DNA from: Paraspadella gotoi
Lineage: Eukaryota > Animalia > Chaetognatha
Length of the DNA stretch: 64,000 bases
Direction of reading: 5' to 3'
Assembly (NCBI GenBank): GCA_051294375.1
Contig: CM119264.1
Span: 17,671,157 to 17,735,156 of the forward strand
Below are positions 38,601-51,800 of the stretch, one piece after another (the stretch's first letter is position 1; each line of letters starts with the position of its first letter). The translations under genes and the position numbers were made by a program. Below the pieces are notes generated by a model that ran no database searches, was not told the origin of the DNA, and was given only the letters and a program-made list of their open reading frames with translations.

Positions 38601-39119
38601 AGGACGGGACTTCTCGGGAGGGTGTGTTGAATAACCGAGACAGTGGAGGGTCAGTCCGGGGGAATGAATCTGCCGCGTTCTCGGTGAGCAACATTGGGGC
38701 GGAGGACGACGATGATCCCAGGGAAGAGAGATCGACGTAGGCGTCACGAGAGTCTTGAGACGGGGACCGCGGAGTGGGCGGGCTGGAGAATGACGAAGAT
38801 TGAAGGCCGTCTAAAATAAATGGAAATGAGGAAAAAATGACCAAAAAACTACTGCCTCAGTAATTTCAATTTTCTCACCTTCGAGCCTCATGGATTCGTA
38901 GCCGGTATATTCCAAAATGAAAGTGCAGAACCGATAAAAATCTTCAGCTGTTCGACGACGCTTGGAATCCGGGGCCGCCATCCAGTCGGTGTGTGTCGAA
39001 GACGACGTAATTTGAAGAGCATCTCCTAAGCTCGAAGTCGAAGTACCTCCGGTCCACGACATGCTTGCGACGTTTGCTTCGGATGGCGTCGCGACGTCTG
39101 ATTGATTGGATGACATCAT
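32621..39119 (-). CDS. PHF13/PHF23-family PHD finger protein; exons 39119-38879, 38810-37653 and 32748-32621
   Basis: N-terminal [22 protein letters not shown] motif, Ser-rich middle, and a PHD finger [11 protein letters not shown]|[17 protein letters not shown]...WNCPDC split by a 4.9-kb intron. Confidence 0.9.
32867..33825. mobile_element. Non-autonomous DNA transposon, Kolobok-type (TTAA TSD, GG termini)
   Basis: About 28-bp imperfect TIRs (GGTCCGGGATCACCCAATTCAAATTATA and reverse complement GGCCAGGGATCACTCATTCTAAATTATA), with TTAA on both sides. Confidence 0.75.
34659..35260. mobile_element. Probable MITE with TA flank and subterminal GGTAATTCGGAAC repeats
   Basis: Left end TA|GGGTAGTGCGGGGTAATTCGGAAC; inverted motif GTTCCGAATTACCCC at about 35195. 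The right end is unclear. Confidence 0.45.
35705..35968 (-). mobile_element. About 264-bp LTR (TGT...ACA) containing a tRNA-like cassette, preceded by a PPT
   Basis: Minus strand: PPT GGGAGGGGGGGA (35980-35969) directly followed by TGTATGG..., ending ...GCAGTAACA. The LTR 3' end is inferred because no second full LTR is present. Confidence 0.55.
35863..35934 (-). pseudogene. tRNA-derived sequence (Gly-like, TTCCCAA loop); not a functional tRNA
   Basis: 72 nt with a perfect GCGGCCA/TGGCCGC acceptor stem, A-box-like TGGTGCCAGAGG, B-box-like GGTTCTAGCCC and CCGGG/CCCGG T-arm. The anticodon stem is broken. Confidence 0.7.
36015..36115. repeat. Tandem duplication of an about 49-bp unit
   Basis: tgttggYggaaagtgc...gttgaggcatgtcgcctga occurs twice, next to the PPT. 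Confidence 0.8.
36288..37592 (-). mobile_element. Helentron/DINE-1-like non-autonomous elements (complete unit about 36508-37203 plus partial tandem copies)
   Basis: 14-bp subterminal inverted repeats ATCGTCGCAATCGC (36526-36539 and 37188-37201), 5' palindrome, 3' CTTA...TAAG stem-loop and T-run flanks. A homolog lies at 49801-50552. Confidence 0.7.
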
Positions 39120-42100
39120 TAAAGGTCAAAAGTATGCAACTAAAGTACATCTCATTTTAAATACAAAGTTATCATGGAAATGAAAATTCTGCAAAGAAAA
39201 CCCGCCAAATGTACGTAAGAACAAACAAATAACAAGACAAGAAAACTCTGCATCAGTTTTGAATGAATTGGTATTTCAGTTTCTACTAAGATTTTTACTT
39301 TTCAAATGCAATTTTTAAAAATTTTATTTCAAAATACAGAACCTCAAGTGTGAAACTATTTTAGTAAACACATTAAATTGCTCACAATTTCAAACATTAT
39401 GAAATTAAGGCTTTCCGAATCTTCGGAACCGGTGGTAGGCTCATCACTATTTAGCTTAGACCATTCTGACCCCGGCTAAAACCCGAGCCCATTGGGTTCA
39501 GAGACGAGTCGGTAGGACAATGCAATATTACGCTGATGATTGTCGAAACAGCCATATCCATTATCCAACGTGTAGAGAAATTACGTCTATTTAAAACTAT
39601 TTTAAAAATATACAAAGTCAAACATTAACACGAGTATCTTAATTTAGATAGTATGTTGACAATTTTTTTCCTAAATAGACAGGCACAAATTGTTGGTTTA
39701 AATAGCAGAATTATTTTACAATCAGCGATTCAAATAAAATAGAGAAATACACCAAATCGTAAGCTTAGAAAAATAATTCTATTACAGTTTATAAAACAAG
39801 ATAGCTTATTTATTGAATGATTGGATAATATTTATATTTGAATTTAATAACAAGTTACTTGTTAGATAAATCTCTCCCGGAAAATGGATTTTAAGGATAA
39901 GTCGATTGTGAACATTGGCCGCACTCGAGCTAAATTAGATTAAGAGTTACAACGGCGCAGTATCAGCAAGGTCAACTTCAAAGCTACTTTCTGTTTTATA
40001 GTTTTTAGTTTTACGTAGAAAAAACGGAGATCTGCCTCAGACTAAGAGTGGCGAAATAAGAGTTATAGAATACGTTTTAAAGAGATAGAAAGATAGAAAT
40101 CGAATATGACTCAAACAGCCTCCCAAAAAAGAAGCAAGTTTATTCTGTTTGCTCAAGACTTAGTTCGAGCTGGTGCGAGTCTTTCATATCCACGTTTGTA
40201 GGAGTTAGAATATTTTATTTTACTTATTATAACCAAAATAAATATAACATACGAAAGTTTGTCTTTTAGAAATAGAGAAGCGAAGAGAACATAGGAAGAT
40301 GTAACATTCCATTGTAACCGGTAGACCTTACAGGCTTACAGTTACTGTCGTACTAGTGTTAGAGCAAAGATTTTTCGATCGGGTTTCACGAAAAAACATC
40401 TCTCTGCCCCTATATATAGCACAAAGTTAAACGTTCTAAGATCGAACGTCTTAATAGTTTGTTAGGCATAAGTACAACAAACCATTTCGTACATAGGCAT
40501 AGCGCCTAGAAGTAGGACCGCAAAAAAAAAAGCGTCGGGATCGAAAGCGAGATGAGATCATTCGAGTTCGACAGAAGCGTCCTTATATCCAGTTTTCTGA
40601 GGCCGGGCTCAGCTCTCTCGGGGGCTACTCTCGCGACCCGATATTGAAACAAGGCCGACCTTCGAAAAACAGGATTGGCAACACGAAAATTTGAAGAGGC
40701 AGAGCAACATTTTGCGTGCAAACACTAAAACAAAATCCTAGAACCTTTAATTTTAGTTTGAAATGAGATTAGAAATAAATAGTACTAATACGAATAGTAA
40801 TAGTAACTTAACTATAAAGAAAGGAATCAAATGGGAGAGAGAAATAGAGGAAAGAAAGTTCAAATTTAGCCATAACAATGATATTGATTAGAATGAACCA
40901 CGACGTTAAGGATATAAAAAAATTATTTAAAACGAGTGAAATAAAATCATTATCCAGTATTTCGAACAGTGTTAACAAGCCATTTGTTTTTTAATAACAT
41001 TAACATAGCAAGAAAAATTGTTGGAGAATCTCCGAATTATGTAGTCTCTCCTTTTTTATTCTCAGATTTTAACTGCTGCACGCCAGTGGCTAGGCTTCTC
41101 TTCCACTACTTGCTGAAAGTTCACTCGCACACTACTGTATGAAGAAATTTCCCCACTTCGAATCTATATTCAACAATCAACGTTTCATATAAATCCCTTA
41201 TCATAACCCTTAAATTAATATATCAAAATCCCGATAATCTAATTTTATAAATTTATTTACTTCTAAATTTTACTTTAATTCTTTCGCAATTTCTTGGAAT
41301 TTTTAAACAATTATTAGCAATATTTCTTAATGATAGCTTTTGAATTAAAAAATAAACTAGTCAAGAGTCATGGCCAGACTCATTCATATTTGTTTATTTT
41401 TAAACCCCTACAGCGGCCTATGGGAGAAGGAAGAGCAAGGTTATCAAATTATCATAAAAAAGAATAAAAGTTTATATATTATGGGGGTCTAATAATCTTA
41501 GATGGCCATTTCGGGTAAAAAAAGAAAACACCAACGTATATTATATAACAGTACATCAATCAAGTGGCCATAATTTTTTTTTTCTGAAAGGTAAAAGAGA
41601 CAAGTTTACACATTAATGAATTTGAATGTTAAATGATTATGAAATAGCCATCATTATTAAATTTGAATTTTTAAGCGTTGGCTGTTTTTGCCCAATAGTA
41701 TCAGTATGAGTATGTTTTCTTTCTCTCTTCAAGTACAACGGTCCTTCGTCAATTTTTCCTTATATAAGTTAAAAGTTAATTATTTAATAGTAATTACAAA
41801 AGATTAAAAGAGTACCATTTTTTCCTTTTTTCTGTAAAGGAAAAGAGATAGAATAAAAATAGGAATAGAATAGGCAAAACAATAACTCATTAACTGAATA
41901 AGGAAACAACATTAAGAGATAGAATTGTGAATAATGGTTTCAAGATCAAAATGCTAATTTGTTGTTTTTAAGAAAAAAGTTCTATGTCTAAGAGTACCAA
42001 CAATTAGTTTTTATTTCACCGGGGAAAAACTTATTTTTTTCTGAAAGAAATAAAGAAAGACAACAATATTATATGTTCGCGAGAATGAAAGGTACAATTG

Positions 42101-42704
42101 TATAGAGTTGTAAGATTCCATATAATCAATATATGAATATCAATATTATATTCAATGTGTCATGGACAACGTGTCAAGATTTATTTTAGGAAAGATGCCG
42201 TTAAATAGCGGGGAAAAAGTCAGTAGGCCGGACAACGGTCCAGGCTGATAAGATTTCCGTTTCACCTTTGTAATGACTAATTGACTAATGTTTTTTTTTT
42301 CGTTTTTTTTTCTGTAGAGAAAAACAACAGGAATAAAAATTCGAGCCATTGGCTGTTGTCCAAAGGTAAACGAGAAAAAAGCAAAAAATTCGTTAACTTA
42401 AAAGGAAACATTTCACATTAAGATGTAGACTTGTGATGGTCTAAAGAACCGAATGTTAGTTTGTTGCTTTTAAGGAAAAAGCTCTAAGTCCCTCTCCGCC
42501 CAGACATGGGTGGCATTGCCGCGCTGGAGAGCGACAGAGAGGCGCTGAAAAAGGAACTTTATGTCTAATGCAACCGAGAAAACTAGGTAATAAGGAAAAC
42601 AAAAGATCAGAAACTTATGGTCAGACCTATTTAAAATGGCGGCGCCCATTGTTTACCTTACGTAGCCTAATCGATAAAGGTTACGTAGTTTTAAATCTAA
42701 GGAT

Positions 42705-42844
42705 CAACTCGCGAGCCTTGACTCGAAGTAAGAAGCGCCCGGGTATGGACCTGGCGCTCAATCTCGTCCAGAGGACGTCTACATCTCACTTGGACTGACG
42801 GCCGAAAAGTTGCCTTCGGCTTGGATGTCTTGGTTGTCTCGCCG
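42705..42844 (+). pseudogene. Relic of the restriction-like endonuclease region of a CRE-like non-LTR retrotransposon
   Basis: Translates (one stop, one frameshift) as QLASLDSK*EAPGYGPGAQSRPEDVYI/TWTDGRKVAFGLDVLVVSP, matching the RPAD...W...DVTVVSP motif I recall for this clade. Confidence 0.6.
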
Positions 42845-43309
42845 GTTCATTTTACCATGATGGAAAAAAAAAGTGTCGCGGTTAATTTTATTGTCAAGTA
42901 TATTTTTTGGCTAATAAATAAGTTTTAATAAATAATATNNNNNNNNNNNNNNNNNNNNNNNNNGACCTCCTTAAGATTGAATAGAATGATATTTCTTAAT
43001 TACGCATTAAATATATTCAATGCATTCTAATACTTCAAAAGAGGTTGTCTCTAGAACTGTTTTTCACTTCTTTTTTCATATTATGTTAAAATTATATCTC
43101 TAATCATAATTTTTTTTAACAGATTTGGTGCAAAAATGTCCTTACAAGCAGTAAAAAAGATTAATCCTCTGTATAAGTAAACCAGGCTTGAGTTGTTGCT
43201 GCATAATATGATAATTCAATTGTTTTTCACTGTCAAAAAATCTTTATTTTTTATATAAGTTATAAACAATAATAAGGTGAAATTCTCTCGACATCTTTAT
43301 CTTGTTTAA

Positions 43310-46300
43310 GGCAGTGATTTCTATCGAGGATTCAGCAAAAAAACCACTTTTTGCAATTTATTGCTAGTGTTAAGAGAGGTCGTGCGCAGCGTGAAATCTG
43401 GCGTCGTAACGTAAACAATGATTTTTGCTTAGCGTTCGTCAAGGATTTAGAAAGGTTGATACTGAGTTTGAACGCGCCGGATTCAAACGCTGCGGCAGAA
43501 GATTAATAATTTTTCCACTCCCCGGAGAATGCCTACTAAGTATGTATTGAACATGAACTATGAGAAATATGTTTGTTATGTTTATTATTGTTACTGAAGG
43601 TTTTTAACTCTACACTACATCACGTTATCAACATGGGCGTTCTGGAGTCAGGGAAATTCTAGTGCTGAAGGCTATGAACAATACTAAATATTAAAAACTT
43701 ATATGTCATAATCCGGGGATTAAAATTAAACTAAACTATTAATTCTAATTCAACATTAAATCTAAATAAACCTAAATCAGCCGAAGCAGCAGCAGCAGAG
43801 CGCAGATCATAAACCTTGATCGCGTGAGGAGTCAAAGAGGGAGCTACCAATAAGGACGGGTTCTCGAGGCCGCCTCGCGAGAACACGTCGATTAGAGCAT
43901 CGGAGCATTGGGATGGCAACATCGCCGATGATCTGCTCGTCGCAAAGCCCGCGACAGGAGTCTTCACCTACTTGGAGTCAGCGTTAAACCGGTCTCAAAA
44001 GCTAGAAACTATGGTACGACGTCGTCTCAATCGTCTTGCGAGATGATTCGCCAAAAGGTTGGTCAAGGACTTAGAATGGCAGAGAAAGTTAGTGTATAGC
44101 GATAGAGAGAGAGAAAGAACGAACGAATATAGAATACAGATGGAGAGAGCAAAACGAGGGTGGATAAAAGAGATGAGCTCAAAGAAAAGTTGAGAGAAAT
44201 TCGAAACGAACTGAGAAAGAATAATGAAGGTGGAGGAAAGGCAGAGAAATGGAAGTTAGAGTGCAAGACGGATGACAATGAAAGAAAGGAGAGAGCAGAG
44301 AGGGAGAGGCTAACGAAACTAAGTGGAGACAGATTGGAAGGCGGATGTATGAAGGTGTCTCAACGAAGAGTCATTGGAAGTGGACGACGCAATAGGATCG
44401 CCCGACGCCAATGGATTCACAAGGAACCGTCTGCCGAAAACGAATGGTGCGCCAATCCGATTACACCGCCGCTGCATGAGAACCGATAAAGAAGCTGAGG
44501 CTGTTGCGTGAGAAGCCTGTCACGATGCTGTCTGCAGAAGATGTTGCTGCTAAAGAAGTGCGCTAAAGACGCTGCTGCTGAAGATCTCGATTGAAAAGGC
44601 TGCTGTAGAAGTTACTGCAAAGAAGCTGCTGCTAAAGAAGTCGCTGCTGAAGAATTTTCTGAAAAAGATGCTGCTGATGAAAGAGTTGCTGCCCAAGAAG
44701 TTCAAATGAAGTTGCGGAAAAGGATGAGGGAAAAGTTGTGGAGAGTTGCGGAAAGAGTTGCGAAAGAAAGTTGCGGTAAAGGATGCGGAAAAAGTTGTGG
44801 AAAGTTGTGGAAGAAACTGTCAAATGGAGAAACTGAGGAGAGATCAATCGGCCACCCATCCGCCTGTAATCGGAAGACGTTGTGGAGAAATGCGTTGAAA
44901 TGCCATTGTTGAACGCCGAATTGCTGCCATTGCTGGCGCTGCTATCATTTGTGTGGAGGAGAAATTTTTGCAATTCATCCTTTGAGCTTAACTTCAAGCT
45001 GTTGAGTAGTTGAGGCTTTGCTGTCACTCAATCTCATGGACAGTTCCTGTTGTGTCAGATTACAAGGTCATTCACATGAAGAGCGTCGGGGATCTCCACC
45101 CGCTGCTTTCATTGTATAATTTCTATAAATCCTCGTATGAAATAAGGAGATCAATAAGATGGAAATGTATAAGATTAGGTTATGACACTACGGTTTGGAT
45201 CCAACTTAGTATCACGAACTCTTCACTACAGTTTAATCGCCTCTACTTTGTAGATAAAGAGAAAGAAATGACGAGTTTAAATGATGAACCAATGATTAAT
45301 GAACATTGCTGGCTACAGATCCAGTCTTCATGAAAATATTGAAAAAATGAAAAAAAAAAGAAAAAAAGTGTTTATCAAATCTGGCTAGCTTGGTCTCACA
45401 ATCAAAACTGCTAATATTGATAAAATATTTGAGCATATCGATTATGATGCTCGTCTAAAGAGAAGAAAAAAGACGAGGAAGGAGAAGGAATCCTTTAACT
45501 TACTGCTTGGAGCAGCTGACAAAGTTGGAGTAGAAACAAAAATTTGTTGACGACTCACATTCAAGAGGATAAGGTGTGAGAGAAATATTCTGGAGTGAAA
45601 GGAAAACTCAGGAATTGTTTAAAATTAAGAACACATTCAAGAGGCTTGGATGTGTATGCCATGGACATGAGTTGAGAGGCGACTATGAGAGGAAAAGTAA
45701 AGGTCTTCTTTGGCTCAGAGAGAACGACGTTGACGACAACAGTGGAGATTGTTGTCTAAACAAATCAACATTTTTTATTAAAGTTTGTGGACCAGGTTGA
45801 CCTTTCACTTATAAAAGAAGTAATAAATGAGAGAAGCAATGAGAAGATAGATGGGGCGTATTTAGATTTGTTTATCTCGTTTGGTGCCCAGCAATAAATC
45901 ACCTGAAATTAACACAAGATTTAAAGACGGAAGTTATAGAAAGTTGACTGAGGCTGAAACAAGTTTGAAAAGACGTGAAACTGAGTGAGGCAAGTTTGAG
46001 ACAAATTTATTAAATTTGATCGTCTCTGAATACAGTGATATTAACTAAACAAATTGATTAATCTGTGAACAAGAGGGGGGGAGGAAATTCCAAGAAAGAA
46101 CTTTCAATGGTGATCAGTTTCCCAACATGCACCCTCACTCTTTCTGAACCTCGCATGCACGAAAGTAACACCCCCAGACAAGATGATCGACGCAAAAGGA
46201 GAAGACATCGAAAATCCGGGGCCCATGAACGCCACGGGGGGAGCGGCAATAAGCAGGCGTCATCAAGGAGACGATGCCGTTGCCAGCAAAAATCGTTCAG

Positions 46301-48417
46301 ACAGGGGTCAAGGAGACGACGCTGGGGCCATGACAACGGCAGATCGACGCGTGAGTCGGTGGCGCTCGGGATGCCGACGGGGGAGTTTGGCGCCTCCATC
46401 AAATTTTGGAGCCAACTGAGTTGGTTGGTCGGTTCAAGGAGATGCCAAGGAGACCGTCAGCTACTTCAAAGGGGTCGTCAAGCGCAGCCGAAACTCATGG
46501 GGGATAAAAACTCGGGTTGCATGCTGAGTGGACAAATTTGCAGACGGCTTTACTGCACAGGACGAAGAGCAGGCGGTGCGGACGACCTCTCTATTGATTA
46601 GTGTCCGTGTACGTACAGGGGGGAGTGTTAAGAGAGGTCGTGCGCGCGTGAAATCTGGCTGTCGTAACGTAAACAATGATTTTTTCTTAGCGTTCGTCAA
46701 GGATTTAGAAAGGTTGATACTGAGTTTGAAACGCGCCAGGATTCAAACGCTGCGGCAGAAGATTAATAATTTTTCACACTCCCCGAGAATGCCTACTAAG
46801 TATGTTATTGACATGAACTATGAGAAATATGTTTGTTATGTTTATTATTGTACTGAAGTTTTTAACTCTACACTACATCACCGTTATCACATGGGCGTTC
46901 TGGAGTCAGGGAAATTCTAGTGCTGAGCTATGAACAATACTAAATAGCTAGAATATTATCAACAGAATTGATTAAATTTGAACCCTAAGACAAATGGGCT
47001 GGACTACGGATTAATTAAAATCATTCTGCTGCTTTTTCTAATCAAGAATCGATATAATTTTTGCAACTTTTAATAAAAAAAAATATGTCCATTTTTGTCC
47101 ATTTTGACTTTTGTCATGAGATTTGAACGTCAGATCATTGGAAGAAAAATTTTTTACTCCGATTTCGGGTAATTCTTATCTTCTTTACCACTGAGTGGGT
47201 TCATTTGCCGTTGGTCATCCATTGTTTGCTTATGAATTAATTTTTAAATTGACTAGTAAAAAAATTACATTTTTACATTTTATTACAATTTGTTAAACGA
47301 AAATACTTCAAAATGTCCACAAATCTAATCAAATATTCCCTTTCAACGGTGCTTCTGGTACCTAAAAAATTAGGGCAAAAAATTTAATAGTTTTGCAGAA
47401 ATTAAATTTTTAAGTCAATTTTAATTTGTGAGATTTGTGAGGTGCGTTTTATTTGAACTAAAACTCGGTTTTTGACTTATTTATAGTTTTAATAGATGAG
47501 AAATATACTAAGGTTAACGAATTAAAAAAAACCGCATTCTTTTAATGTAATGGAAAGCTCAGTAATTTTTTTCCTCTCAATCGACAGGTTTTTTGCGAAA
47601 AAATTTCCGCAAAAATCTTCGATTTTTTAAATCTGCTAGGCAACCAAACTTTGAATAAAATCATACGCTACCAATATTTTTTTTCTTACAATACATTTTA
47701 AAGATTTTTATACATCCAGTATGATATAAATGCAAAAAATGAGTGAGGATAAAAAAAAGATAAGAGAAGAGAGAGCATGTGTGAAAAAAAAGTTGTAGGG
47801 AGAGAGAGAAAGAGTGGAAAGAAATTAATATATGGGAGAAGGGGGGAAAACGAAAACAATTAAGAGAAAAGAAAAGATAAGAAAGAGGGAAGAAAAGAAT
47901 CAGAGAGGAGAGAAAAGCAGAGATAGAGAGGAAGAGAAATAAAGGTAAAGGAAGAAAAGAATGGATGACACAGAAAAATATGAAGACAGAAAAGTCGGAG
48001 AAAGGGAGAGAAAGACAGAAGAAAGAGAGAAAAGAGAGGGACAGAGAGAAGGTTCAAGAGAGAAAAATAGTGGAAAAAATGGAAAAAAGTTTTAAAATAT
48101 AGCGTGCCGTTTTTTTGCCTAATCTGTAGTATATCTAAAAAACGTGATAGATCTGACGAGCAATTTAATCTTTAAAAGTTGCCCTTACCATAAAAATCGT
48201 TTTAGTTTCATCTTAAGGTAAAAGAAATTATGTCTTACCGTATTTTGAAAGCATAGAAATTCACCCAGTGAGTTCGATGTTATAAAGAGAAAATAACTAT
48301 AGCCAACCGTTTTTTTAAATGAAGCGTGTTTTAATTTAATCAGTGGAAAAAAAAAGAAATAATAGTTATATAAGTTTCAATTCTATTGTTGAAAATACCC
48401 GAATAGAAATCACTGCC
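43310..48417. mobile_element. Kolobok-type non-autonomous DNA transposon (about 1.5 kb net) with a nested LTR element
   Basis: Perfect 15-bp TIR GGCAGTGATTTCTAT; TTAA at 43306-43309 and 48418-48421. Confidence 0.85.
43368..46946 (+). mobile_element. Non-autonomous LTR retroelement (LTRs 43368-43690 and 46626-46946)
   Basis: About 320-bp direct repeats starting TGTTAAG, PPT AGGGGGGAG at 46617-46625, and 5-bp TSD GCTAG on both sides. No RT or integrase ORF. Confidence 0.88.
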
Positions 48418-48847
48418 TTAACCTTTCAACAAAGTAAACTCCTCAGTCCTACTGCTGACGTGCGAACGTCATGTCATTTCAAAAGCCACTAAACTGCCTC
48501 AGTGCGCATTTTATATTATTACTATCATTATTTAAATATATAAATAAACTCTGCGCAATTATTATTTTATATTGTCTGTGCGGATTTTTCTTTCAGTTCT
48601 ATTTTTTTTAACTTAACATAAGTGGTATTTTAAAACTTTCATTGTCATTATTATGCATTTATTGATGAAATCTGTCATTTTTTTGATTTTTGATCGGTAG
48701 AGCTATATCTAGAGAAAAACGTGAACGTTCTACTTTCTGCGCAAACGCCGCGTACTGGTCGAAAGTAAACAAGGAAGAGTAATTTAAACCCCGGTTGTCT
48801 CCCCAAGAGAAAAACGCGAACGTTGATTTTGTCAGAAAACAGTAACA

Positions 48848-51800
48848 ATGGCATCTAATGATTTGGGAGATTGGTTTAAATCAATTCCTCAGATATCCCG
48901 ATACTGGTTTACTGGATCTCTCGTTTTGCCTCTTCTTGGAAGGTAGATTATGCTTAAAATAACGTTTTCAATATTTTTATTTAATTAAATGTTTTACAGG
49001 TTTGGGCTCCTGTCACCATATGTGGTGCATACTTCATTGGGGGATGTTCTGAAGCGTTTTCAAATATGGCGACCACTTACTGCCGTTCTTTATTATCCAA
49101 TTAGTCCTTCGACAGGGTTTGCTTACTTGATCAATTTATACTTTCTATACAGTTATTCGACGAGATTAGAAACAGGTTGGTTTTTTGCTCCTGCTGATGG
49201 ACGAGCGTTTTTGAAAAAACCTCATTAGAAAATGTAAAGTCCAGACGAATATCTACAACTCAGATGCTAAAATGCTAAAATATTTCAGGCTAAACTTTAC
49301 ATTAAAAACATATAAAAATATATATATTTTTTTAAAAAATTAAAAAAATAAAACCCAATTACCCTAACCCTAAACCCTCTTAACCCTAACCTCCCCTAAA
49401 CCTAAACCCTCGTAACCCTAACCACCCTTAACCCTAAAACACCCCATAAACACCCCCTAAACCATTTTCAACCCTAACCCTTCCCTAACCCCGTCGGCGA
49501 AAGTAAAAGTAACCCATATTTCAAATATGTGTAAAGTAAGAATTATTTCACAGCAGATTCCGGCTTTATAATTCATTTTGTCGGTCCGTCCCCCCACTTT
49601 TGTCAGTAAATCATTTAAATTGTGTCAGAACATCGAATTATGATAAATTATGCAAAAAAATTGATGTCCGTCCGTCTGTCTGTCCGTCCGTCCTCCCCCT
49701 TAACTTGAACGCCAATTACTCAATTACTCACGTCCGAGTGGAAATGAGTTTAAATGGAAAAAACAAAAAACCTATTTTACTAATTGATTTTGCTACTTTT
49801 TTATCGTCGCAATCGCTTTGCGTAGGCGTCGTCGGCGTTGTCGTCGGCGTTCCAAATTATAGATCGCCTTTTTTATGATTAAATTTGGGTGTATGAAGCT
49901 GAAAATTTATATACAGCTTTTCATCATCGATGTGCTTAAAATTGAGTCAGGACAGTTATTAAATATGTTTTGTTTACGTTTTATCAAAACAAACAAATTT
50001 TCTCTTTATTTTTATATATCTTTCTCTCTCTCTTTTCTCTTTTAATTATAAGTCTCTCTCCCTCTCTCTTTTTCCCTAGTGACTGATTCATAGGGAAAAA
50101 AAACTAGTCTGCAGCTGGCTCTGCAGGGGCTCTTTCTTTTTTTTCTTTTCTCCTGCTGCTTCTGCTGCTGCCTTTTAATTTTTCTTTTTTTTTCTCTCTC
50201 ACGCTGCGATTAAAATAAAAATTGAATTAGGAATAGGATTGAACTCGTAAAATTAGGCCTCGCATTCGTGCAAGTTATCATTTTGCTATCGCATCATCGG
50301 GTTTTTATTTCGTTTTTTTTCTCTGATTAGTTTATTTTTTGACAATGAAAATTTTTTCTTCTTTTTTCTTTTTTTTAAGAAACTGTAACTTTAATTTTTC
50401 TCGGTCTTTATTATTTTTTTAATTGATAATCGCAAAATATAATTTTTCTTTCTGTTTATAAATTAATTTTTTCTCAATTTTTTTAGTATCAAAATTTGTC
50501 GTTAATCCAGATTTTTTTTATACGTTTGCGACTATCCTTATGTTTTTAAGATTTTTATATTAAATATAAATGCAAGATGTATAAATTAATTAATCAATTA
50601 GTCCATTAATAAGTCAATTAATTATTGAATCAATCAATTTATTTACCTATTAATTAATTATTCAATCAATAAATTTATTAATTATTCTAGCAATAAATCA
50701 ATCAATCAAATAAGTCAATCAAATTAATCGTTATCTGCATTATTGTCATCGTCCCCATCATCGTCGTTGCTTTTGTCGTGGTCAATGATGAAAAGATCTA
50801 AAAACAACATGTCGGATCAAATCAATTAATTAATTAATTACCGATAATAATAGTGGCAGATCCGGCATTGTTTGTTCAAACTTGTTTATCAAAAACTAGG
50901 GCAGTCCTGGAGATCAATACGCTCTGGAGGCATATGGAAATTAATTATAAAAATAGGTTAGGGTTAGGAGTAGAAATCTACTATGAAATTAAATTCAATA
51001 GGGACGGGGGTGAAAACTTTAGTCTTGAAGTCTACTTTTAGGTAAAAAAAGAATTTTTAACAAAAGTTCGATTTTAATGCTTTTATTGTTGCTATTAAAA
51101 TTATAATATTATTATATAATGATAAAAAATTTTTTAATCAATCTTAACTTTTTTTATAAATTCTGATAGAGCATAAAAAGTTAAATAAAAAATATAACTA
51201 CAACTTTAAAAAATATTTATATTTTTTTGGTAAAAATTAAGAAAAAGTAATAAAATTATCGAAAAAATGATGGTGATGATGATTATAAATAGTTTTTTTA
51301 TATTTTTCACACATTATGATCAAAAATATCGAAAAAAGAATTATATTTTGTGTAGACAACTTTTTGCAAGCTACCTAAATCTGATCTTAAAAATAAAAAA
51401 ATCTGAAAAAAATTTTTAGCCTTTCTTATTTATAAATAAATAATAAAAAATTAATATATAGAGTATGAAGTAATATTAAACAATTTTATCTATTTAAATT
51501 TGTTAAAAAAATTCTAAATTTTCGTTTGAGCAGGTGCTTAATTTAAATTTCTTAACACCTTACTGAGTTAGTTTCCCCCTCTAGGAGTGTTAAGGGTAAG
51601 TTAAGTTTAGGGTTAAGTTAAAGGTAAATTAGGGTTAAATTTTAAATTAAGTTTCAGCTTAATATATATAATAATAAAAATTTTTAAAAAAATTTAATAG
51701 TAATAAATTTATAAAAAATATAATAATAATATTTACAAAGTAACAAAGTATTTATGATTACAACGATCATTTAATAATTCGGAGAGAGAGAGTGTGAGAG

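Noticed and set aside
39533-39555. CTGATGA-ttgtc-GAAAC hammerhead-like core
   Set aside because: No stem II, stem III or NUH site can be formed.
43368-46946. Dating the LTR insertion from LTR-LTR divergence
   Set aside because: Differences are mostly 1-nt indels in an error-prone assembly block.
48450-48470. UPRE-like TGACGTG upstream of DERL1
   Set aside because: Incomplete match (TGACGTGC) and expected by chance.
49361-49490. True telomere or chromosome fusion site
   Set aside because: Short, highly degenerate and intronic; more typical of repeat-associated CCCTAA tracts.
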